Of a DNA stretch of 64,000 bases, positions 50,665-61,384 are shown piece after piece. This DNA comes from Octopus sinensis (taxonomy: Eukaryota), in the NCBI RefSeq assembly GCF_006345805.1, contig NC_043007.1, positions 53,692,001-53,756,000 of the forward strand, written 5' to 3'. Below the pieces are notes generated by a model that worked only from the letters and a program-made list of their open reading frames with translations, was not told the origin of the DNA and searched no databases. The translations under genes and the position numbers were made by a program. Within the stretch, counting starts at the first letter, position 1; every line of letters starts with the position of its first letter.

Positions 50665-52335
50665 TAACCTCAATGCCCTTAAGAAGAAATTCCCGTCTAT
50701 CCTCTTTGGTCTCTACAGAGATGACACCCAGGGCATCTCTAGAGGAGCCAATGCACCCACCCTAGACAAGCTTAGGAAAGATCTAATTAGCACCCTTGGC
50801 TCCATGGGACTGAAAATTACTCTTGAGACCAATCTCACCACTGCAGACTTCTTAATCATCCCACTCGACTTGGGTTCCAGTACATACAGGCCCTACTGCA
50901 AACCAAATGAGAGCCTGACATATATCAACATACCTCCTGCCACCCACCCATCGTCTTCAAAAACCTAGTGAAGGGTGTCAGCAAGAGGATCACAAACCTT
51001 TCCTCTAGCCACGAGATTTTTGATGCAGCAGCCCCCTAATATAATGAGGTACTAGCTGCTAGCATGTTTAGGGACTACATTACCTACATGCTGGGCTCTA
51101 AGCACCACAGAAATATTAGTTAGTTTGCCCCCTTCTTTCACCCACAGCATAAAAACATGTGTAGGTAGGATGTTCCTTAGGCTAGTAGATAAACACGTCA
51201 CACATTCACATAGATATGAATGCATTTTCAACAGACATAACCTAAGGGTGTCTTTTAGCTGTGCCCCCAATATTATGAGCATTCTAGTCAACACCCCTAG
51301 GTTACAATCAGAGGTGTGATCCTCATGCAAGGACTACAACAGATGCCCTGTGGGAAGCCATTGTGAAACCAAGGGAGATGTCTATGAAGCTGAAGTGGTA
51401 GACCGAGTAGCAGCAGCAACAGCATCAGCTTTCCCAATGACTACTACCATAGCAGGATTGACAGTACCAATAGCAACAGCAGAAATAATAGCAGCACCAC
51501 CGCTAATGATAACCATAACAACAGTGAGAATATCATCCACCATGATAGCACCAATAACAGCTCCAACAACACCAATAATGATGGCTATAACACCAGCAAC
51601 AGTGCCACCACCGATGATGTACCCTATGCCAGTATTAATGGCACCAGTACCAGTAACAACACCAATGCCAGCTTTAAAGATGCCAGTACCAACAATAATA
51701 GCAGCAGCATCAACATCAACAGAATTACCAAAACCCACACACAGAGCTACATCAGGTGTCCCAGTAACATATGCAAACAGCACCTCTCCAACAACAGATC
51801 TTCTTTCAGGATCTCGGAAAGGAGATATGCTACATCCTTAGCCAGCTATGTTTGACAGCTGAAAGCTGATGGAACTCCACATATATCATGGAAGATCCTA
51901 GAAAATCCAGGCCCCTACATAAATGGAAGCAAGCATTGTAAACTGTGCATAGCTGAATGGATGGGGATATTAAAGGACTCCCTCAACCCAGGGAACATCC
52001 TTAACTCCAGGACAGAAGTCTTCAAGCCCTGTTTGCACTTCAAGAAATTCCTGCTGATGTCCTGGGATCTACACACCAGCATGGTCAATTAATAGTGATC
52101 AAAGGGAGACAATCCCTTGTTGTTGATATAGAGTAATGAAGTTTTTCCCTCCTCCATTTTCTAGAGAGACCACTTGCTAGAGAGGCCATAGGCCAACAGG
52201 TTTTAGTGTCTGAAGAAGTGCTGTAAAGCTAAGTACTTTATGGACATGAAACCCAGGGTAGTCCCATAGATTGACTATATCTATCTTTTTCTATATACTC
52301 TACTGCTCTATAACTTAAAGTGTGCTTCTCTCCTG
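50665..52335 (+). mobile_element. Naiad-like PLE 3' half (RT, GIY-YIG) with decayed 3' hammerhead
   Basis: GLYRDD..LDKLRKDL..GLKIT, YRPYCKPN..YIN..HPP, IFNRHNLRVSFSCAPN, CPVGSHC...VYEAEV, TSLASYV, WKIL..PY..GSKHCKLCIAE, LNSRTE..PCLH; CTGAAGA...GAAAC at 52210-52252. Confidence 0.85.
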
Positions 52336-52886
52336 GATTTGGGCTCTTTCCAGGTTTTGTCTACCAAATCCACTCACAAGGTTCTGGCCAACCCAAGGTT
52401 ATAGTAGAAGGCACTAGGTGCTACACAGTAGGACTGAACCCAGAACCATGTGGTTGGGAAGCAAGCTTCTTATTACACAGCAAACTGAACTCATTATAAG
52501 ATGCCAGCATCAATTTTGAAAAAAATTTCTGTTATTACTCATCCAATTTCAAATCAAGTTTTTAAAGGTCTGATAACTATTTTGACTTAAGTCCCATGTG
52601 CGTCCTGTATATCTTTGGAAATATTTGTATGATCCAATTTACCATCTAAAACCCATATGAATGTAGTTTTCCTGTGCAAAATATTCAGATTTCAATAAAC
52701 TGCAGCCATTAAATATCCTGGAAAATATTAAACGCAGTTGCTATTGTAGTACATGAACTGAACTCTCAATATTTTGCCATATTTACATAATCAAAACATC
52801 TTGCACCTTACTTTGACAAGGGAATTTGGACCCTTATCATAACTCAATCAATGAGAAACAAGACTTACTTAAACAAGACTTAAACA

Positions 52887-52992
52887 ATTACCTGAAGAGG
52901 TGCACTTTACACCTTGGACGTATGATAATGATTACACAACACTTCACTAATGTGCTAAAGATGTACAAATGTGTTGAAACAATTGTAGCGAA
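52887..52992 (+). ncRNA. Hammerhead motif, relative of 14818-14915, stem I partly decayed
   Basis: attac CUGAAGA ggtgcactttacacc...gatgtacaaatgtgtt GAAAC AAUU GUA gcgaa. Confidence 0.6.
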
Positions 52993-53208
52993 TTTTAAAT
53001 AATGTTGCTCATTCCATTATTTATCATTTACTTATAAGTGTGTGTATATATGTATATGTGTATATATATAATGGGAAGCTTTATGAAAATAGACAAAAGA
53101 CGAAGGCAGGTGGAAAACAAACAAACAATTGTCTTAGTATGTATATGTAAGTTATAAATGATGAGAGAAATATGACAAAATTTATTTAACCATTGGAAAA
53201 TTTCTATA

Positions 53209-53332
53209 TCACAACAAATTGTTTCATAAAAATAATTAATTTTATTATATTTAATAATAAGTAATTACATGTCTGCATTAATATAAATAATCCTTTAAAA
53301 TAATGCAGGAATCAAGCTACATCCTCAGGTGA
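53209..53332 (-). ncRNA. Hammerhead motif with long AT-rich stem II; truncated inverted twin at 53428-53498
   Basis: Minus: tcac CUGAGGA tgtag...tttat GAAAC AAUUU GUU gtga. Confidence 0.55.
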
Positions 53333-53509
53333 AAGAAGAACCTTTTGTTTGGTTTATTATGACAAGTATAATTTGTGATAAGGGCACTATTTAAGGAATT
53401 CCAATTAGACTTATAATTAATATTTTCTTTCACCTGAGAATGTAGCTTAATTTCTGCATTGTCTTAAAGGATTATTTATATTAACGCAGATATGTAAGCA
53501 ATTTATTTA

Positions 53510-54265
53510 TCTATGTTAATAAAAGCAAAATTCTGTCTGTCCGTCTAGTACCCCTGTATCAGTCTTCATTTGCTCTACATAGACATATTATACCTTTTTG
53601 GAATCAGGATGATCCCAGGATTAAAAATTTGCCCTTCATTTGGTTATTTAACATCCAACTTTAGAATCTGATTTAAAAGCATTTGGGTGGCTATTTCTAG
53701 CAGGTAAAGTGGCCGGGAGAGGTTTCCTCACTGGACAAGGAAAGGGAGAAAATGTGTTTATTTCAAGAATTCCACTGATTCTAGCAGATATGCCCTCTGA
53801 ATTCAAGAGACTTCAATTTCCAGTAAGAGTAAATTTTGCAATGTCAGTTAACAAAAGTCAAAGACAATCACTCAAAATTGTTGGATTTCAACTCATACAG
53901 CAGTGCTTTCCCATGGTCAGCTCTATGTTGGTTGTTCCAGAGTTGGAAATTGCAATAATCTTTTCATACTCCACCAAATATAAAACTAAGAATATTGTTT
54001 ATCCTGCTGCTTTAAAGTCATCTCCAAATGTCACAGTGATACAAAATTCTCCAAACGTGATACTCTATGATATAAATCTGAGATAGTAAGATACCAATAA
54101 ATGCCTTATAACTTTTCTGCTTAGTTTTGGACCACAGGCCCAATTAGCCCCCTAAAGTTTGTACACACTGTAGTTTTTAAGCTAATATTAAATATAATAA
54201 AATAAATTATCTTTACATGCTTTAAGCTACAAAATTTGCTGTGATATACAAAATTTTTTAATACT
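53510..54265 (+). mobile_element. Helitron remnant with Pif1 C-terminal fragment
   Basis: A|TCTATGTTAATAAAAGC start; GENVFISRIPLI..FKRLQFPVRVNFAMSVNKSQRQSL..HGQLYVGCSRVG..KTKNIVY. Confidence 0.8.
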
Positions 54266-54267
54266 CG

Positions 54268-54835
54268 TTTACTTGTTTTCAGTCATTTGACTGCAGCCAT
54301 GCTGGAGCACCGCCTTTAATTGAGCAACTCAACCTCGGGACTTATTCTTTGTAAGCCCAGTACTTATTCTATTGGTCTCTTTTTGCCGAACCACTAAGTA
54401 ACGGGGACATAAACACACCAGCATCATTTGTCAAGCGATGTTGGATGGGACAAACACAGACACACAAACACACACGCACACACACATATATATATATATA
54501 TGATGGGCTTCTTTCAGTTTCCGTCTACCAAATCCACTCACAAGGCTTTGGTCGGCCCGAGGCTATAGTAGAAGACACTTGCCCAAGGTGCCACGCAGTG
54601 GGACTGAACCCGGAACCATGTGATTGGTAAACAAGCTACTTACCACACAGCCACTCCTGCGCCTAATCATCATCATCATCATCATCGTTTAACGTCCGTC
54701 CTCCATGCTAGCATGGGTTGGACGGTTCGACCGGGGATCTGGGAAGCCAGAAGGCTGCACCAGGCTCCAGTCTTATCTGGCAGTGTTTCTACAGCTGGAT
54801 GCCCTTCCTAACGCCAACCACTCCGTGAGTGTAAT
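54268..54835 (-). mobile_element. Full-length SINE family A (54268-54663) adjacent to an RTE 3' end (54666-54835)
   Basis: Reverse complement of 12248-12650; then (ATC)n CGTTTAACGTCCG...GGATGCCCTTCCTAACGCCAACC. Confidence 0.88.
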
Positions 54836-55017
54836 GGTTAAATAAATTTCATCATATTATTTCTCTTATCATTTATAACTTTATACATTCCTTATGGTTT
54901 TCTTTTGCATTGTACTATATATTCTATGTTTTGTAGAATGATACATTAAGGAGCTTTTTTCATGAGTACCACCAGGTTTCTTGAATCCACATATTGTGAT
55001 ATACCTATACATATGTG

Positions 55018-58000
55018 TGTAAAAATTAACACTTCTTTTTTCTGAGCTAAGATTCAAAACTGAATTTAAGGATTCTCGCTTGTCTGATCCACCACTGGTC
55101 AAACAGGCACGAAAGAAATTTCTTTGTCCTGTCAAAAAGTGATGGATGGATTTCCCTTTGACTTCTGACCTGAGCTGTGTCATTTAAGGTTTAAGTGGGC
55201 AGGTTTAAGTGGACAGGATTTAAGGTTAAAAGTGGACAATCTACATAGATAGAAATTACTCTTGTGGTATATCTGTCCTTCTAGCTGTCATGACCATTAT
55301 AAATACTGTCAGACACATGACAGATGGACAGATAGCCATCAACGGTCAAGAGGCAAGCAGACAGCCAGCAGTTACCTTGCCCCAGTCAAGCAGCCAATAC
55401 GGAACCACATATTCAGCATGAACGACTCAACACAGTAACAGTTGCAGAACATAAACAGATACGACTGAATGACAATGTACACACAGGCACAAAACATATC
55501 CGGTTCTACCTCACCACATCTACACAGTATCTCCCCTTCTACTTTGCCAACTCAAATCTAAGTTGGTAATGTCATGTAGCAGATTTTCTGCTGTATACAA
55601 CAGATAAATGCAAGTGTCGATTGAATAAATTATTTAAACCACAATGCTTTTCCATTGTTTTACTTTGAGGTCATCCACATACCTATTTCATTTGCTACCT
55701 GAGCAACATCTTTTGCTACATCATCCTGCTACATTTGGTGACCCCAATGAAGACTGACAGCCTTCAATCACACATCAGAACTGGAAAATTGCTGTGATTA
55801 GTCAGAACAAAACCCAGCAGCGAACTCAGCCACAGTCAACATGGCATTCCAAGTAGTGATACCTTCCACCAATCCTTTCCTTTTGTCATCCAGTGCTTCA
55901 GAAATTTCTGATTTGTGTGCATTGGTGACGCAGTGAGCATCACAGATACAAGCCCTGACACAGCAGATACAAGCCCTATCACTTGGTACCCCATGTCGAA
56001 GTAAACAGCCAATCGTTTATGCCTTCAGTAATTTGCAGGAAACTTGTTGGTATACCGAAAATTTGGAACATGAGTGCAGAAATGCACGATTCTATGCTCA
56101 TTTTCAGCATCCTGTTTGGGAAACGATGCAGCCAGGAATTGAATGCGATGAAAGTTCCTGACTCTCACCCACAAAGTCAACTGCTTTTCGTTTGTGATTG
56201 TGTAACAGGCATGCGCTTCGTTGTTGACTCTGGCATGGAAGTCAGCATAATCCCTGTTTCCTGCACTCCAGGCAAAAGAAAAGAGACACCAGTCTGTCTT
56301 CAGGCAGTCAACCACTCACTGATTCCAATCTATGGAGAACAGTACCTAACACTGAACTTCGGACTATGCTGCACCTTCCAGTGAGTATTCGTCATCGCTA
56401 AACTGCCAACCCCGTTCTTAGGAGCCAATTTCCTTCATCATTACAGTCTCCTGGTAGATATCAAGCACAGAAGACTTGTCAACAGCACCACTCAGCTCAC
56501 TATGCATGGTATAACTGCTTACATGGCCACAGTCGGCCCAATCATTTTGCAAACAATGACAACCTGTCACAGTGCTATCCTTAAAGAATACCTGGACGTC
56601 GCTCAACCAGTATTCCATAGTCAACCTATCAAGCATGAAGTCACCCACCACATCAAGACCTGTGGACCACCTGTAGCTGCACGACCCTGAAGGTTACCAC
56701 CAGATCGTCTCAAGGCCATCAAGTGAGAATTCCAGCACATGCTCAACCTCTGAATCATCCGCCCGTCCAGCAGCAACTGGTCCTCTCCAATACACTGCGT
56801 TCCTAAGAAGTCATCAACCAATTGGCGAGTTTGCAGTGATTATTAATCACTAAATAACTGCACTGCACCTGATGAATATCCTGTCACACATCTACAGAAC
56901 TTTTCTAGCTTGCTGCATGGAGCTTGCAGCTTTTCAAAGATTGACCTTGTGTGAGCTTACAATCAAATCCCTGTAGAATGTGCAGATATTTCAAAGACAG
57001 CAGTCACGATACCCTTTGGAATGTTTGAATTCCTGTGTATGCCTTTTGGTTTACACAACACAGCACAGACGTTCCAACGTTTTATAGACACAGTAACCAG
57101 AGGTTTGCCTTTCATCTATGCATACATAAATGATGTAGTCATGGCCAGTAGATCAGACGAAGAGCATGATCAACACCTGCGCCTGCTATTCCAATGCCAG
57201 CAAGTGTTGTTCGGAGTTGTGCTCCTTCATTTTCTCGGGCACATGTTGATAAGGATGGCATTTACCCACTTCCTGAGAAAGTCAAAGTCATCATAGATTT
57301 TCCACCGCCCACATCTCTCGGCAAATTGTGAGAATTTCTTTGTTTGGTGAATTTCTACTGGAGATTTTTACCCCACTGTGCAGAGACAGTCTAACTGCTC
57401 ACAGATTTGTTGTGACAGCAAACAAGCAAAAATAAAAACAGTGCCCTGAGTGAAAGACACCTTACCTCTATTAAACCTCTAGTGAGTCGCGTAATCAATA
57501 GAGTTGCATATCTCTTTCAATGTGCCAGCATATTACATTTATGCTTCTGCCTAGGCATATGCACATTACCAAACATATATTGCACACACCAACTCTGAAC
57601 GTTGATTTTTTGGTGAGGTTTACATTTTTTCATTTCTTTCACTTCCCATGTTTTTGACATGTATTCATTTGTTTGTAAATGACACTGTATCCATTTTTCT
57701 GCATTACACACCAAATTACACATTTTCAATATCACTCGCATCTGTATCGTTCAATCTCTCTGGCTTTCTCAATAGAAGTGGGGTAGTGTAAAAACTAACA
57801 CTTCTTTTTTCTGAGCTGAGATTTGAAACCGAATCTAAGGATTCTTGCTTGTCTGATCCACCACTGGCCAAACAGGCATGAAAGAAATTTCTTTGTCCTG
57901 TCAAAAAGTGATGGATGGATTTCCCTTCGAACTCCAGCTTGAGCAGTGTCATTTAAGGTTTAAGTGGACAGGAGGTGAACTACAAATGTAGAAATTACTC

Positions 58001-58485
58001 TTGTGGTATATCTGTCCTTCTAGCTGTCATGACCATTATAAATACAATCAGACACATGACAGACGGACAGATAGCCATCAACAGGCAAACGGTCAAGCAG
58101 ACAGCCAACAGTTACCTTGCCCCAGTCAAGCAGCCAACACAGAACCACATATTCAGCATGAATGACTCAACACAGTAACAGTTGCAGAACATAAACAGAT
58201 ATGACTGAATGATAATGCACACACCGGTACAAAACATGCCCAGTTCTACCCCACCACATCGACACAGTATTTCCCTTGTTTATTTTCTACTTCGCCAGCT
58301 CGAAGCAAGTTGGTAATGTCATGTAGCAGATTTTCTGCTGTATACAACAGGTAAATACAAGTGTCAATTAAATAAATTATTTAAACCACAATCCGATGCT
58401 TTTCCATTGTTTTACTTTGAGATCGTCCACATGCCTATTTCATTTGCTACCTCAGTAACATCTTATGCTACATCATCCCGCTACA
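55018..58485 (+). mobile_element. Gypsy LTR retrotransposon (CsRn1-like), decayed and internally deleted
   Basis: LTRs 55018-55733 and 57787-58485; PBS TGGTGACCCC (tRNA-Trp-like) at 55736; PPT AGAAGTGGGG; protease FVVDSGMEVSII; RT WSSPIHCVPKK, FSKIDL..AYNQIP, MPFGLHNTAQTFQR, YINDV. RNase H and integrase are missing. Confidence 0.92.
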
Positions 58486-58539
58486 TATATATGGTATGTA
58501 TAAATGTGTATATTAGAATACTTGTGAGTTGCATATACA

Positions 58540-58571
<32 letters not shown>

Positions 58572-59673
58572 CATACATAGATACATACATACATATACAT
58601 GTGTGTGTGTGTGTTTGTCTGTTGAAATGTATACCCTTGTATCTTGAGATCTGCATTGTTCTGAAAATGACCTTTAGACTCTTATAACTGTGTCCCTTGG
58701 ATTTCAAGCTAAATTGAAATTATCACAGATAACTAACACCACTTTTACTTATCTCTTATTTCCTTCTCCCTCTGCTCTCTTTCCCACTCTACATTCCTGT
58801 CTTTCTCTCTTCTCACTCTTTTAAGTGTATACATTTATTTATACCTCGTTCAGAGATTTATTATCATTTATTTATCTATTTGCTCAATATATTCACCTTT
58901 TTATATTTACTTACCTATTATTATTTCACTCAAATTATCATATTGCTGTACATTATATATCTTATATTTTATATCTTTATATTTTATACTTTATTTATCT
59001 CTACTTTAGTTGTACAAATTATTCTTTCCTTTTTCTTTCTTTTCCTGTCTTTATTTTCTAGTTTGTTTCTCTATTTCTTTTTTGCATTCCACCTTTTTCT
59101 TGTACCTTAGTTTACTTCTTTGTCATTTAATTGCTTTTCTTATTTTCCATTGCCTTCCCAAAATAATTGCAAAAAGCCTTGGTGGCTATCCAAATCTTTA
59201 AATGGTTATCTGTAACTTAACACAATAAAGTGTTCCCTAATGATCCATTGTCCTTGAGCACTAAAGGCACTTGGAATACCTAATTTAGGGCTCCAAACCA
59301 TAATAGAGAAGCATGCACAGGAATTATAATATAAATTTGTATTTATCATTATTTCTCTAACATTTGCTTTGTATTTTATAACTAGTAATGCTACTCAGTA
59401 TTGGAGGTACTTAACCACTATACAGGAAAGAGACTGGTTTATAATAATCTAAGTGGAGCTCTAAACATAACAGTAACAGTCATACATTTATTTGTACACA
59501 GAATTTCTACATATACATACACACTCACACACACACATACATACATACAGATAGATATATAGATATCAATATGTATAAATTAATATATATAACAAAGTGA
59601 AGTTGTAAGGTACCGCACAAGTGGAATTATATATGAAAGAAGGTTTGAAAATGCAATTTTAAAAGATGTTTAT

Positions 59674-59719
59674 TCACTTGACTGGTTTCACTTTTTTAGA
59701 AAAAGATTGTCAAAAGTAA
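59674..59719 (-). ncRNA. Minimal hammerhead, U3-A8 variant
   Basis: Minus: ttactt UUGACAA tcttttt cta aaaaagt GAAAC CA GUC aagtga. Confidence 0.55.
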
Positions 59720-61089
59720 CATGTAAAAACTTTGTTGTGTTAGGTACTGGTTGTCACAAAATATTGCAATACATATATACATTCTTTGATAATAATAAGA
59801 ACATGTTAAAACCAGTTTACAAGGAAAAATCTTGGGAAAATATTAAAAAATTAACAAGTTCATTAAAATATTAGGCACAAAAGATTACAATATATATATA
59901 CATTCTTTGATGATAATAAGAAAATGTTAAAAACAGTTTACAGAAAAAATTATTAAAAAGTTTTAAAGAATATTGGGATTTCATTAGAAATCATGTTTGT
60001 TTGGAAGTATCTATATATTTACACAGAAAATCATAAGTTCAAAAAGGTCATATTTTCGTAGTATATATATGTACAATGAAGGAGATATATTTAGTTAACA
60101 AAGAATTTGGGATGAACTGACCTGTTTCACCATTTTATGGTAAAAGACTATTTTCTATTTCAAGGGACAGTGTAGGAGGTGTGTTTGGGTGGGGGGAAGG
60201 AAGAGCAATGTGGAACTGAAAAGAAGATTTTGTTTCTCTTTCAAGATTTAGTGGTTTTGGGGATCAGTCTTTAGAGGTCAGCATAGTGTGAGTGTGTGTG
60301 TGTCTGTGTGTGTATATATACATACATGTGTTTGTGTATGTTGGCCGTTTTTGATTGGTCCCAGGGTTTATTGTGGTGTATGTAAATGTGTCTGTGTGTG
60401 TTTAATATTTGGTAGGATGGTGTGTGTATATGTGTGCACGTTTGTGTGTGTGTGTATGTGTGTGGCTAATGTTTGTTAGGGTGTTGTATGTGCGCTAGTG
60501 TGTGTATGTGTTTGTTCGCATGTGTGTATGTGTTTGGTCACATGTGTGTATGTGTGCGTCTGTGGATGCGTGTGTATGCTTGTGTATTTTGTGTTGGTGG
60601 GGATGTTATGTGTATGTGAGTGTGTGTGTGTATCTCTGTCTTAGTATGTTTGTGATTGTTATGAGTGTCTTGGTATTGTGTGTGTGTATTTATGTGTGTG
60701 ATTGGTATTTGTTATAGTGTTGTGTGTGTTTATGTTTGTTCGCGTGTGTATGTGTTCGTCTGTATGTGCATGCGTGTATGTTTGTGTGTTTTTTGTGTTG
60801 GTGGGGATGTTATGTGTGTATGTGAGTGTGTGTTGTGTCTGAGTATGTTTGTGTTTTAATTGTCTTTGTGGTGTGTGTGTGTGTATGTGATTGTCTTGGT
60901 GTTGTGTGTGTGTGTGTGTGTGTATGTATGTGTGTGATTGGTATTTGTCATAGTGCTGTGTGTGCGCATGTGTGTGTATATGTGTGTCTGTAGGTGCGCG
61001 CGTGTATGTTTGTGTGTTTTTTGTGTTGGTGGGGATACACACACATACAGTGTGACAACCAGTACCTAACACAACAAAGCTTTTACATG

Positions 61090-61134
61090 TTACTTTTGAC
61101 AATCTTTTTCTAAAAAGTGAAACCGGTCAAGTGA
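61090..61134 (+). ncRNA. Minimal hammerhead, U3-A8 variant
   Basis: ttactt UUGACAA tctttttctaaaaagt GAAAC CG GUC aagtga. Confidence 0.62.
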
Positions 61135-61173
61135 ATAAACATCTTTTAAAATTGCATTTTCAAACCTTCTTTC

Positions 61174-61204
<31 letters not shown>

Positions 61205-61206
61205 AG

Positions 61207-61253
<47 letters not shown>

Positions 61254-61384
61254 GTAATGACAAATATCAAAGAAAGGAGTTAGTGAATAATTCTAATATT
61301 TCATTTACAATTGTTTATTCATTACAATTAGTTTTGCATAATGCTGTACCATTCTGGCAGCTATTGATTAATTTTCATGTGCTA

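Larger units (their letters stand above)
59588..61185. mobile_element. Second foldback of the 29460 family with a GT-rich minisatellite interior
   Basis: 59630-59757 is inverted at 61051-61178; the left arm is homologous to 29460-30200; degenerate (TG)-rich repeats at 60290-61035. Confidence 0.8.

Noticed and set aside
50055-50665. Long Cys/Val/Tyr/His-rich ORFs (also 27300-27900, 29278-29628, 60288-61102, 63700-63948)
   Set aside because: Translations of (TG)n/(TA)n/(CA)n microsatellites.
51382-51783. Gly/Ile/Val-rich, membrane-like ORF on the minus strand
   Set aside because: Antisense shadow of the low-complexity insert in the PLE nuclease.
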